From UHGV virus genome UHGV-1358930: a stretch of 64,000 nt of DNA; one strand, written 5' to 3'. The position numbers were made by a program, and so were the translations under genes. The DNA comes from a virus. Shown here in pieces: positions 27,208 through 37,440 of the stretch. The stretch's first letter is position 1. Each line of letters opens with the position of its first letter. Below the pieces are notes generated by a model. That model had not been told where the DNA came from. It did not search any database and was given only the letters and a program-made list of their open reading frames with translations.

Positions 27208-28476
27208 TTGAGTTTATTTACCAAGTCACAAATGGCGAAATTCAATGAAGTTGCCGAACGAAGCAAACAGCTTAACAAAGAAAAACCAAAGTCTGTAAAT
27301 GTATCTACAGTAAATGCGGAATTGAAGTCGATGTCAGATTCTGTGCTAGAATACTTCAAAGACTCCCCTGCTATCTGCATTCGAACCGCTGATCAGCTAC
27401 ATGAATACATTGATAAATGTATCGAAGCTGGATACGCTGGTATAGATACAGAAACAACGGGACTAGACAGACAAAGAGATTACATTGTAGGCGCGTCTTT
27501 ATATTATCCGGATGGTACAGAATGTTATATTCCGATGAAACATAAGATCCCTATTTTCGAAACTCCTTACAAAAATCAACTGTCTTATGAAGAAGTAACT
27601 AAAGAATTCAAACGACTAGAAAACAGCAACATACGACTCATTTTTGCAAATGCTGACTTCGACTTAGCAATGATCTACAAGGATCTAAAAGTTGATTTCA
27701 ACGATAGATTCTATTATGATGTTATTCTTGCATGGCGTTGTTTGAAGGAGAATGAGTTACACAATGACTTGAAATTCCTTTACAATAAATATGTATTGAA
27801 AGGAAAAGGAGATCCTAAACGTTTTAGCGATTTCTTTTCTGTAAAGCTGTTCCCATATTCTGATCCTGAAATCGCTAAATTGTACGCAGCAAACGACGCA
27901 AAAATCACATTTCAACTGTTCAAGTGGCAGCTTCCTTATGTTACAGAAAGTCATCCTAAGTGTCAGAAAGCTCACCTAGAAGCAATATCTAGACTCATTT
28001 GGAACATAGAGTTTCCACTGGTTAAAGTCTGCCAGAATATGTATAGAAGAGGTTCATACATTGATTCTAATGTTGCTAGTGTTTTGAAAAAGCGATACAG
28101 AGATGAATACAATGTAGAAGTCAAAAAGCTACAAGACATGGTACAAAAAATCATTGATAATACGAATATAGCATATTCAGGTAAACGTCCATTTACTAGA
28201 GGAGCAGATTTCAACCCATCTTCACCTCCTCAAGTTAAATATTTGATATACAATCTACTTCAAATTCCTAAAGGATCGTCTTCTGGAACAGGTAAAGAAG
28301 TATTGAACGAACTTAATCTGCCTGTAACAAATCAGATACTGAAGGTAAGATCTCTATCTGTACTTATCAATACATTCGTAGAGAAGCTACCAGCTGCCGC
28401 AAGTCTGGATCATAGAATTCATGGTCAGTTCAAGCAGGTGGGTGCAGCCACGGGCAGGTTGTCTTGTGCCGAGCCT
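27208..28476 (+). CDS. polA: DNA polymerase I (family A) exon 1 (3'-5' exonuclease domain and start of the polymerase domain)
   Basis: TTG start after AAGGAGG. DnaQ-like exonuclease motif GIDTETTGL. Ends ...RIHGQFKQVGAATGRLSCAEP, which is the conserved family-A stretch HT.FNQ.GTATGRLSSS(D/E)P. The next expected residues NLQNIP are absent here and resume at 29383. Confidence 0.8.
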
Positions 28477-29382
28477 AAACATGATAAATCAGATTGGGCT
28501 CGTAAAATCGAGTTAATTCAGGGAAGGGTAGCAGCTTGACGCTGTGAGATAACCCTGAGCCAAGGCTCTCATATATCTACTTAGGAGGTACACGATATGA
28601 GAAAGATTCAATTCAATGAAGAGACCATCAATGCAATTAAAAATTTTATAGAGTCTGGTCACACAATGGAAGAGACATGTAACAGATTTACGCTCAAATA
28701 CGATACATTGAAACGTGTAATGTTTGAGAACAATCTGAAGCCGTATAGAGCAGATAAATCACATCCCGTTATCTTCACTAGAGATGAGGAAAACATCGTA
28801 TGTAAGCTATATTCGACAACTTCAATGACAATGAAAGATATCTGTAAAGAAGTGAAGCTACCTGATTACGCTGTGCAGAAAATACTATCGGATAATTTTT
28901 CTGAAAAATACAGAAATGAAAGGAAAGCAAAGCTTTATAGATTGTCCAAACGGTGCGAGAATAGTCCGTGGTTTCAGAAATACGGAGCAGACTCTTCTCA
29001 GTGGGTCGGAGGCGTTGTAGACGATGGCAACGGATATGATATGATCAAAAAACCTGAGTGGTACACAGGTAGAAAGTGTTCTGATTATGTCTTTTTACAT
29101 ACAGTTGTGATGTGTGAGCACTTAGGTCTAACTGAACTTCCTAAAGGATATGTAGTACATCATATCGACGGAAACAAGAAAAATAACACAATAGATAATT
29201 TAGCGTTGATGACCGTGTCAGGACACAGTAAGTTACATTTGTTGATGAAGAATCTATGCAAGGTGCAGAGACTATCCGAACAGGAGTAAGCGAAAGCTGA
29301 AATGCTAGACAATGGTTGTGTATGACATCTATCATTCCTACTAGTTATACAAGCCATCGAAGATATAGTCCACAAATAATTG
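28477..29382 (+). mobile_element. Group I intron 1 in polA carrying an HNH homing endonuclease gene
   Basis: The exon-1 reading frame terminates prematurely after the conserved motif. S-element AAGATATAGTCC lies at 29361-29372, about 10 nt before a G at the 3' boundary. The 5' exon ends in T. Confidence 0.7.
28597..29289 (+). CDS. Intron-encoded HNH homing endonuclease
   Basis: YVVHHIDGNKKNNTIDNLALMTVSGHSKLH. RBS AGGAGG. Confidence 0.8.
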   Translation: MRKIQFNEETINAIKNFIESGHTMEETCNRFTLKYDTLKRVMFENNLKPYRADKSHPVIFTRDEENIVCKLYSTTSMTMKDICKEVKLPDYAVQKILSDNFSEKYRNERKAKLYRLSKRCENSPWFQKYGADSSQWVGGVVDDGNGYDMIKKPEWYTGRKCSDYVFLHTVVMCEHLGLTELPKGYVVHHIDGNKKNNTIDNLALMTVSGHSKLHLLMKNLCKVQRLSEQE

Positions 29383-29475
29383 AACCTGATGAATATCCCG
29401 TCGCATGCGGTTGATATTCGACATATGTTCAGAGCAACTCCCCAGAAAGATTACACAGTTGAATCAGAAGTAGAT
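29383..29475 (+). CDS. polA: polA exon 2 (about 93-nt micro-exon, boundaries approximate)
   Basis: Encodes NLMNIPSHAVDIRHMFRATPQKDYTVESEVD, which aligns to NLQNIPVRT..GRRIRRAF.APE.YV.VSAD and ends at the motif-A catalytic Asp. Confidence 0.6.
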
Positions 29476-30818
29476 GACAATAACGAAGTATCATTCGTTA
29501 TTGATAATGGACATGAATTACAAACATCTGAAGGATATAAGCCAGTAGTAGATATTGTTCCCGGAGATGTTGTAATGTTTGATGATAAGGAGGTATCAAG
29601 CTTAATTGTCAAAGAAGTTGAAACTAAAGGTACGTCAACCCGAGTACGTTTTGATGTCATCTGACTACAGTTTACGAAAGTTGGCTGTAGTAAAACCTTG
29701 TTAAGTCGATGAATACTTGATAGATAATTCTATAACCTAAATACAAGAATTGGTTCGACTATCAAGTTAATATCGAGCAAAATAGGACCTTTTATCTTGT
29801 TGAGTATAGTCTCTTAAAAATTGGAGGTATTCGACATGATAATATATAAAATATACAATGATGTTAATTCTAAGCTTTACATCGGTCAAACAACAAAATC
29901 GCTTGAAGAAAGAATAAATGGGCATCATTCTTCTATGATAGGAGGGCAAGATACTCATCTATATCGAGCAATGCGAAAATACGGATGGGAAAAGTTTCAT
30001 TTTGAAATAATATCCAGAGCTGATAGTCAAGATGAATTAAATTATCTTGAAGAGTATTATATCCGTAAGTTAGATACAATAAGAAATGGATATAACATGG
30101 CTCCAGGAGGATCAAAAAATGTTATGTACTCATCTATCGTAGCAGCTAAACATGATGCTAAAATGAGAACAGATTCTGTAAGAAAGAAAATATCAGAATC
30201 AATGAAAAAGTCTTATGCTTCACGCGGTGGTCCCTCAGAAGAACACAGGAAGCATCTTTCACAAGCCAAGAAGGAATATTATCAAACTCCTGAAAGCGAA
30301 TTGACACGAGAAAGGTTTAGAAAGTCATTCAAGCTATCTCCTGAGCATTATAAGGCACTGAATGACGCGAAAAACAAAAGTGTATATTGCATAAATGAAT
30401 CTAATGAAGTAGTTGCAAAATTTGATAGGGTCAAAGATGCAGCTATTTGGTGGATGTCTACTGGGTACAAAGTTAAACATTATGATCAACTTTGTGACAA
30501 AATAAAAGAGTCCAGCAAGCAAAATAGATTCATAAAGGGGCTAAAATGGTTCTATTGTGTGTAGAGACTATCGAAAGCTAGAAATTGACATTCAGAGAAA
30601 TCTGTAAATGATTTTAGGTAAATCAGGTCAGTTGAGATAACCAAGTGAGTAGAGTACAGCTCAAGTGAGTTAGCATCTGCATGATATTAGTGTAGAGTAA
30701 GCCTATTGAATGGAAATTCAAGGGTTCATTTGAATTGGTGATAGATTCAAATGTTCAAGAGATAGTCCGGCACTCTTGGTGACAAGAGAAATGTTTAACG
30801 AACATTCAACTAATTAAG
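29476..30818 (+). mobile_element. Group I intron 2 in polA carrying a GIY-YIG homing endonuclease gene (boundaries approximate)
   Basis: Motif A is interrupted after the catalytic Asp. An S-element-like AGAGATAGTCC lies at 30759-30769. A G precedes the proposed 3' splice site at 30818. Confidence 0.6.
29836..30564 (+). CDS. Intron-encoded GIY-YIG homing endonuclease (I-TevI-like)
   Basis: IYKIYNDVNSKLYIGQT..ERINGHH...YGWEKF..EII is the GIY-YIG module. RBS GGAGG sits 8 nt before the ATG at 29836. Confidence 0.8.
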   Translation: MIIYKIYNDVNSKLYIGQTTKSLEERINGHHSSMIGGQDTHLYRAMRKYGWEKFHFEIISRADSQDELNYLEEYYIRKLDTIRNGYNMAPGGSKNVMYSSIVAAKHDAKMRTDSVRKKISESMKKSYASRGGPSEEHRKHLSQAKKEYYQTPESELTRERFRKSFKLSPEHYKALNDAKNKSVYCINESNEVVAKFDRVKDAAIWWMSTGYKVKHYDQLCDKIKESSKQNRFIKGLKWFYCV

Positions 30819-31025
30819 CAGCAAGAACCAAAAATTTGCGCATACGTAGGTAACATCAAAGAACTTTGCGAAGGTTTTGCAAACGGGAAAGATGCTTACG
30901 CGATGATCGCAGCTGTTTCTTTCAATAAGTCATATGAAGAATGCTTAGAGTTTCACCCTGTTACGCATGAGTATCAGCCTGAAGGTAAAGCAAGAAGAAC
31001 AGAATCGAAGTCCGTACTTTTGGGT
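30819..31025 (+). CDS. polA: polA exon 3 (boundaries approximate at the 5' side)
   Basis: QQEPKICAYVGNIKELCEGFANGKDAYAMIAAVSF...KARRTESKSVLLG aligns to [31 protein letters not shown]..F...RRAAKTINFG. Confidence 0.6.
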
Positions 31026-32047
31026 GAACGTAAAAGTTATGCCCCATATTTCAAGTTCTCGCATTAAATTTGCTTGAAATATGAAAATCTTGTGAACTAC
31101 ATTGCTCATAGGTGTTGAGAACACGATTAGGATATACAGGAAATGGTATATAGGTTCTCAGCTAACTGGGGATACTCAAAAGAGTGAATCCAGTGCCAAG
31201 CATCAAGTCTTCACGGAGTTCTATACCTTACATCATATCGGAGGTGTAGAACTTGAACAATTATTCATCATACATCATAACTTGTAAGGACAATGGAATG
31301 CAATACATCGGAATAACTTCTATTGGTTTAAGAAATAGGTGGTATGCACATGTTTCATGTTCTCGAAATTTAAGTAGTAATAATCCAATGTATAAGGATA
31401 TGAAAGAATTTGGAGAATCCTCTTTTGAAATACATGAAATTGAATCTGGGTTATCAAAAGAAGAAGCCGATGCGCGTGAAAAGGAACTAATAAAGATTTA
31501 TAATACAAAGTGGCCTAACGGATACAACTTAACAGACGGTGGATTCAAGAATGATGGACAGTTATTACCAGAAGGTCGATCGGCTAGAATATCTTGTAAG
31601 CTACGCGGAGTTCCTAAATCAAGCGAGCATAGATTGCATCTAAGTCAGTCTAGGATTGGAAAATACAAAGGAGCAGACAACGCCTTCTATGGTAAACATC
31701 ATTCTGATGAAACTATATTGAATCTTCAGAAGCTATTATCCCACGGAAAGGTTTATCAGTTAGACAAAAAATCTAAATTAGTTGTAGGCACATTTGATAG
31801 CGCAGCGTTTGCAGCAAGATACATATCTGAAAACAAATTATCTTCTGCAAAAATAGATACTATAAATGCTAGATTATGCGAAGTTATGAACAATGATAAT
31901 CGTTCCGCATACGGTTTTATGTGGAGACGCGATGAAGGTCAATCGACTAAGTATTAGAAGAGAAAATAGAGCTACTCTTCGAAGCGCAAGACATTAAGCG
32001 AGATAATGATGATATAGTCAGCGCCACAAGTGATTGTGGACTAAGTG
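31026..32047 (+). mobile_element. Group I intron 3 in polA carrying a GIY-YIG homing endonuclease gene
   Basis: Splits the KxINFG|VLYG motif. S-element-like ATGATATAGTC lies at 32006-32016. The 5' exon ends in T (31025) and the intron ends in G (32047). Confidence 0.65.
31253..31957 (+). CDS. Intron-encoded GIY-YIG homing endonuclease
   Basis: SYIITCKDNGMQYIGITSIGLRNRWYAH. TTG start 6 nt after GGAGGTG. Confidence 0.75.
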   Translation: MNNYSSYIITCKDNGMQYIGITSIGLRNRWYAHVSCSRNLSSNNPMYKDMKEFGESSFEIHEIESGLSKEEADAREKELIKIYNTKWPNGYNLTDGGFKNDGQLLPEGRSARISCKLRGVPKSSEHRLHLSQSRIGKYKGADNAFYGKHHSDETILNLQKLLSHGKVYQLDKKSKLVVGTFDSAAFAARYISENKLSSAKIDTINARLCEVMNNDNRSAYGFMWRRDEGQSTKY

Positions 32048-33544
32048 GTACTTTACGGACGTTCTATTCCTTCAATTGCTGATCAGTTATATGGCAAACG
32101 AGACGATATGACAGGTGAGCAGAAACTAAAAGCAGCTCAGAAGGTGTTTGACGCAGTTATGGGAGCTTTTCCTGGACTGAAAAATCTAATGATCGGGTCT
32201 CAAGATTTTGCAAGAAAGCACGGATATACGGAAACAATTTTAGGTAGAAGACGACATATTCCAGATATGCAGCTGCCTGAATTTGAATTTAAGGCGATGA
32301 AAGGATATGTTAATCCTGATATTGACCCGACAGATATCACTACGCTGGAAAACAAAGATGAGATCCCCGAAAGAATTGTAAACGAGCTTTACAAAGAATT
32401 TAAAACGTACAAATACTACGGTCAAATCGCAAAGCGTACAAAGCAGCTATATGAAGAAGATCATATTAGGGTGATAAATAATAGACCTAAGATAAATGAT
32501 GCAACTCGTCAGTGTGTTAACTGTGTTGACTTCGATACTGAGATACTAACAACAGACGGATTCAAAAGATATGACGAGGTATCTATAGGCTACACGATTA
32601 TTTCATATAACTTAGCTAAAGACTGCTTAGAGGAAGATGCCATTGAAGGTATTCATATCGATGATAGAGATGTTAAGGGATATGAATTCAATGCGCCGGA
32701 GCTATCTTGCGTATGCACAGATAATCACAGATGGGTTATTCAAGATACTCTGTATGAACACCCTGAAATCGTGACAGCTGAAGAATACGTCTGTGATTAT
32801 GGTTGTCTATTCCCGATTTTAGCATCCGCTGGATCTGAATTACCTGGATCGTTTGGAGAATATTCTCAAGCAGAGTTCGGTGTATTAGCATATCTACTTT
32901 ACTACAATGCAATCAGGTTAATTGAAAACGGTACTACGTGGCTAACATTCAAGTGGAATAGCCCTAATCAGAAATCGTTTGATTCACTTATTCAGTTTCT
33001 TCGTAGCACAAAGTTTGATTATCAGATAAGTAGCACAGGTGATCCAGTATGCACAGAAGTAAAGATTGCATACAATACATTTTTATTCGATGTGTATACT
33101 AGCCTCAAGGGCAACAAACTAACCAATGAGTTTGTAAGCTTATTATCCGGTGAGCAAGCTTCTCAGCTTTGGTGGACATTTGCATACCTGAAAAATCCGG
33201 ATTTAAAGCTAGATGAGAATATTTCAATTGTTTTTGACAGCTTGTCTGACGCAGATGTATTTCAGCATCTCTGCTATCGAGCAGGACATTTTAGCAGATG
33301 CATTCCGCTAAAGGATATGATTGATGCGGTAGATGAGCCACACATTGAAGACAGAATTCAGGAGCCTTCTAACAATCAATATGTAGTTACTACATATCAG
33401 CATAACACTGTCAATATGTGGGACAAGCGATATGTAAAACGAACAACATTACACGGCTGCTGGTGCGTAACTACTAACAACGGAACATGGGTTGCTAGAC
33501 GAAATGGTTCTGTATTTCTCACAGGCAACTCTATTATTCAGGGT
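32048..33544 (+). CDS. polA: polA exon 4 including an in-frame intein
   Basis: VLYGRSIPSIADQL...ILGRRRHIPD aligns to VLYGMSA..L...TLFGRRRY.PD. Extein ...NDATRQCVN, then intein, then SIIQG, which aligns to AERMAFNMPVQG. Confidence 0.7.
32522..33529 (+). mobile_element. Intein (336 aa) in polA
   Basis: Starts with the canonical CVDFDTEILTTDGFKRYDEV. Ends ...VFLTGN followed by +1 Ser. The penultimate residue is Gly rather than His. Confidence 0.7.
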
Positions 33545-33899
33545 AGATACTTGCTGCCCTTATCTATCTAACCTTATTGCTCAAGGGTGTGCTCATATAT
33601 TTGAGTGCTAACGGTATCAGTGACATAAGACTGCTTCACGAAGCGAGAGAGATGTGAAGCTCTTCTACTAGTAGAAGATCCATAGACGAATCAGCTGACT
33701 AAGAAAGCCTAAGGTCTAATTATTCAATTAGATAGCTGGTAATACCGTGTCAAGTGCACCTTATACAGGGTGTAAAGATGTATCGACTAGCTCGCGTTGT
33801 TGCGAGGGTAGGTCTGAAGACGAGCTGCAGACTGAAATGGTAGACTGCAATTATTTTGCAGAAGATATAGTCAGGTTGTATGGAAACATGCATTGCTGC
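33545..33899 (+). mobile_element. Group I intron 4 in polA, ORF-less (about 355 nt, boundaries approximate)
   Basis: The frame ends 5 codons after IQG. Perfect S-element AAGATATAGTC at 33864-33874. P7-like CAGACTGAAATGGTAGACTG. Exon sequence resumes at TSAAELTKMAI, which aligns to GTAADIIKRAMI. Confidence 0.55.
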
Positions 33900-34412
33900 A
33901 CGAGCGCGGCGGAACTTACAAAGATGGCTATTTTGAAGCTTGAGAACAACAAGGAATGGCAGAGAATTGGAGGAAGATTACTGGTACCTATCCACGATGA
34001 ATTGCTGACAGAAGTCCCTGCACGTTATGCTGAGGAGGGTGCAAAAATCCTATCGGATTCAATGTGTGGAGCTGCAGATTTCATGCCGTTTCCAATTACA
34101 TGTGACGTTGAGACTACTTATCGATGGTATGGTATGGCATATCCTTGTCCTTACAAGAAACCGAATTCTATCGACACGAATGATGAAGATGAGATAAAGT
34201 GGATTCAGTATCATCTAAGAGAATCCGAATACCTGCTGCCAGTACTGAAGGACGAAAACGGTGAAAAACCTAGAGGTGATGCAGCCAAGGGTGTAAACGG
34301 TGTTAGAACCCCTGAAATGGAATCTGCTATTGAAGATTATATTAAATCTCGACATATTTTAAAAGAAGATTTCATTGATACTATTGATCGAGAGGTTGAC
34401 ATCGGCGGATAG
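33900..34412 (+). CDS. polA: polA exon 5 (motif C and C-terminus)
   Basis: TSAAELTKMAILKL...RLLVPIHDELLTEVP aligns to TAADIIK.AMI...MIMQVHDELVFEV. Confidence 0.7.
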   Translation, partial: TSAAELTKMAILKLENNKEWQRIGGRLLVPIHDELLTEVPARYAEEGAKILSDSMCGAADFMPFPITCDVETTYRWYGMAYPCPYKKPNSIDTNDEDEIKWIQYHLRESEYLLPVLKDENGEKPRGDAAKGVNGVRTPEMESAIEDYIKSRHILKEDFIDTIDREVDIGG

Positions 34413-34501
34413 TGAATGTACATTTACAACTATCAAGTAATATAGTGTAGATCAAATCGTTAAATATCTTACACAATCTCAAAAACAAGGAGAATACTAA
34501 C

Positions 34502-35629
34502 ATGAAATTTACTGTAAGCACAAAACCGTTTTCAGAAGGTTTGAACCTCGCAATTGTCAACTCCAATGTATCTAAGTTCAGCCAGAAAAGTAACATTGCT
34601 CAGGTGACTGTAAAGAATGGTATGCTTGTCGTGAATCTTGAATGCGACAATGTCAAGACAGAAATTAGATTTAAAGGTGGAGTAACAGAAGAAAACAGCA
34701 GCATTGCAACTGTAAGCTGCCTGGTCTTGAAGCAGCTTGTGTCTACATTCGACTCTGCTGTAACTGTTGTAGAATTTGATGAGAACGGACTTATTTTAGT
34801 TTCTGGTAGGTCAAGATTTGTATTGCCTGATATCATCAAAAATACGGACATGGAACTAGACAAACCAGATATGGATTTGACACATCTTGTATCTAATCCG
34901 GTTCCGATTAACAAAACAAACTGGAAGTTTGTTGATGATCATCAGATGTTTGCCCTTAGCATGTCATTTGTAAATCCGATCTATACGAGATGCTGGGTAG
35001 GAGCTGATTCAGATGTACTCGTAGGCGACATGGATAACAGTATCTTCACACACTCTAACAAGGGAACTTTGGGTGAAACTTGCTTGCTTAGGCCTGATAT
35101 CATCAACATGTTTGTAGCATTGCCAGAGGGTGCTACTATTGGAAAACTTTCCAACAGCTACATTGTGCATACCAATACAGACGCATATGACATCTATTCT
35201 GAAGTAGTACCAGAATATGAAGATGATCCAGCTTTCGGCAGTTATAATTCTGAAATCATTATGGATATGATGCAGAAAGATATGGACAATGCTATCAAAG
35301 TGAATACATCCTCTATTCTTAAGGCAATCAATCAGTCAGATTTGTTGTCTACTGAAGATAAGTCTAGTAAAGCACTTTTCATCGATGTAGATGGTTCTGT
35401 GCTTACTGTAGCTGATGACAATGTTGACTGTAAAGTAGACGTAGAAGGTAATCCGGCTATCAAATACAATATCAAGATGAAAGCACCTAACTTCAAGTCT
35501 GCGATTTCTAACATTGATAGTGACTCTGTATATATTTCCCCTGTCACTAATGATGAGAGTGAAGAGCTTGTAGGATTGATGATGTGGACAGATAACATGT
35601 CTATTCTAATTGCAGGAGCTGATCAGTAA
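34502..35629 (+). CDS. Sliding-clamp (DnaN beta / gp45-like) candidate
   Basis: N-terminus MKFTVSTKPFSEGLNLAIV resembles DnaN MKFT(I/V).....L. Size 375 aa. Adjacent to clamp-loader genes. RBS AAGGAGAA. Confidence 0.5.
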   Translation: MKFTVSTKPFSEGLNLAIVNSNVSKFSQKSNIAQVTVKNGMLVVNLECDNVKTEIRFKGGVTEENSSIATVSCLVLKQLVSTFDSAVTVVEFDENGLILVSGRSRFVLPDIIKNTDMELDKPDMDLTHLVSNPVPINKTNWKFVDDHQMFALSMSFVNPIYTRCWVGADSDVLVGDMDNSIFTHSNKGTLGETCLLRPDIINMFVALPEGATIGKLSNSYIVHTNTDAYDIYSEVVPEYEDDPAFGSYNSEIIMDMMQKDMDNAIKVNTSSILKAINQSDLLSTEDKSSKALFIDVDGSVLTVADDNVDCKVDVEGNPAIKYNIKMKAPNFKSAISNIDSDSVYISPVTNDESEELVGLMMWTDNMSILIAGADQ

Positions 35630-36405
35630 TGGCGTTTAGGTCAGCAGTTGCTATTCGTGCGTCTAGATTTAATTCTGCTACAAGCTGTAATTTTCTTGAG
35701 GATTATGAGGAATATATAGAGAAGAAATCCGAATGTAGAAATATCGAGACTCCTAGTAAAACTTTTGCACCTTCATCTTTTAGATGTATGCGAAAAAGCT
35801 GGTTCAGACTTAGAGGAGTCGATCCAGACAAAGATAGAAAAGCTGATGTAATGTTAGATTTCGCTGCTGATATGGGAACTGCGTGCCATAGAATGATTCA
35901 GTCAAATCTTTCTGACATGCTCAAAGAGAATTGGGTGCCTGTTGAGAAATTCTTGGCAGACACTCATAATCCTCATCAGTATCAATTAACTACATCTGAA
36001 GACAGCTTAGAGACAAAAGTCGAATTTTTTGATATTCCTATCAGATTTGCAGTTGACGGTATACTCAGATTAAACAACGAATATTATCTCTTAGAAATAA
36101 AAACAAGCGAATTTTTGTCATTTAGTAATTTGACGCAGTGGAAATCTGAGCACGAAGACCAAGTTAAATGCTACATGACTTTGTTAAGGCTGAAACATTG
36201 TTTGTTCCTATATCAGGATAGGCAGTATGGTCAGCTAAAGTGCTATGAGCTTACTCTATCTGACAGAGATAAAAAAGACGTAGAAGACAAATTTAAAACT
36301 GTGATGAGGTGTGTTGAAACATGTATTGCTCCAGAACGTCTCCCAAAGGGAGATAAATGGTGCTCTATGTGTGAATACAAGAAATCATGTGACAGCTGGG
36401 GGTGA
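35629..36405 (+). CDS. PD-(D/E)XK nuclease of the Cas4/RecB-like family with a C-terminal Cys cluster
   Basis: Core VDGILRLNNEYYLLEIKTS is the D...E.K motif. N-terminal Cys plus C-terminal CIAPERLPKGDKWCSMCEYKKSCDSW suggests an Fe-S cluster. Confidence 0.6.
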   Translation: MAFRSAVAIRASRFNSATSCNFLEDYEEYIEKKSECRNIETPSKTFAPSSFRCMRKSWFRLRGVDPDKDRKADVMLDFAADMGTACHRMIQSNLSDMLKENWVPVEKFLADTHNPHQYQLTTSEDSLETKVEFFDIPIRFAVDGILRLNNEYYLLEIKTSEFLSFSNLTQWKSEHEDQVKCYMTLLRLKHCLFLYQDRQYGQLKCYELTLSDRDKKDVEDKFKTVMRCVETCIAPERLPKGDKWCSMCEYKKSCDSWG

Positions 36406-37424
36406 AGATATTGCCATCATTAGCAGTAAAGTATAGACCAGCAACATTTTCAGATTTAACTGAACAATCTACTATATGCGAGATACTTGAAAACATAACG
36501 AATTTTGATCCAATTCCGGTACGCAATTTCTTATTTGTAGGTCCCAGCGGGACGGGAAAGACGACGCTCGGGCGAGCATTAGCTCATAAACTAAATCATA
36601 ATGATTCAAATATCATTGAAGTAGACGCAGCGTCTAACAATGGTGTAGATAGTGTTCGTCAGCTCATTTCTCAGATGCAAACATATCCAGTAGGAAGTAA
36701 GTATAAAATTTTTATACTTGACGAGTGCCACGCATTTAGTCAAGCAGCCTGGCAGATATTTTTGAAAGTCCTAGAAGATGTACCAGCAAACACTATCAAC
36801 GTATTTTGTACGACCAATCCGGAAAAAATTCCCGCAACTATACTATCACGTGTACAAACATTTCAGCTATCTAAGATAAGCTTATCTGGTATCACTAACC
36901 GTCTTAAGTATGTACTAGATAGCGAAATATCTGAAGGTAAGGATATCCGATATGATATGGACGCAGTAGGATATATCGCAAAGCTTGCAAACGGCGGTAT
37001 GAGAGATGCATTAACGTTGTTAGACAAGGCTCTGACATACAGCAATGATATATCGCTAGAAAATATTTCAAAGTCTTTGAATATTCCAAATTACGATGAT
37101 TATTTTGAGTTATTGAATGCGTGTGCAAAGAAGGACAACGTCAACATTACACGGATTGTAAACAACGTATATAATTCTGGTGTAAATTTTGTCAGCTGGT
37201 TCACTGGATTTCATTCGTTCATTATCAACATAATGAAATACATCTTTCTACAGGACATCAAAGAAACAATGATACCTTCGTACTACGAAGATAAGATCTC
37301 GAAGTATAGTATCAAACATTCTGCTGTATGTCTTAAGCTTGCAAGCAAAGTGTTGAAAATGAACAACGAATTGAAGACAGCTGTATATCTACAAGAAGTT
37401 GCTCTAACATATCTTTGCTCTTGA
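36402..37424 (+). CDS. Clamp-loader ATPase (DnaX gamma/tau or gp44-like, AAA+)
   Basis: KYRPATFSDL..Q. Walker A FVGPSGTGKTTL. Walker B/DExx IFILDECHAFS. Sensor ILSRVQTFQL. Confidence 0.8.
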   Translation: MKILPSLAVKYRPATFSDLTEQSTICEILENITNFDPIPVRNFLFVGPSGTGKTTLGRALAHKLNHNDSNIIEVDAASNNGVDSVRQLISQMQTYPVGSKYKIFILDECHAFSQAAWQIFLKVLEDVPANTINVFCTTNPEKIPATILSRVQTFQLSKISLSGITNRLKYVLDSEISEGKDIRYDMDAVGYIAKLANGGMRDALTLLDKALTYSNDISLENISKSLNIPNYDDYFELLNACAKKDNVNITRIVNNVYNSGVNFVSWFTGFHSFIINIMKYIFLQDIKETMIPSYYEDKISKYSIKHSAVCLKLASKVLKMNNELKTAVYLQEVALTYLCS

Positions 37425-37440
37425 GGTGATGAGGTGAACT

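Noticed and set aside
29380-29664. 94-aa ORF as an independent gene (its tail even looks Hint-like: VVDIVPGDVVMFDD)
   Set aside because: Its first 31 codons are polA exon 2. The remainder is read-through into intron 2, which ends at a stop. No intein N-terminal block A is present.
32045-32047. Met start of ORF 32045
   Set aside because: The codon is GTG immediately after an in-frame TAA. It lies in the middle of the conserved VLYG motif, so it is an exon continuation and not an initiation codon.
33747-33899. N-terminal 50 codons of ORF 33747-34412
   Set aside because: These are read-through of the group I intron 4 sequence (they contain the S-element). The real exon begins near 33900.
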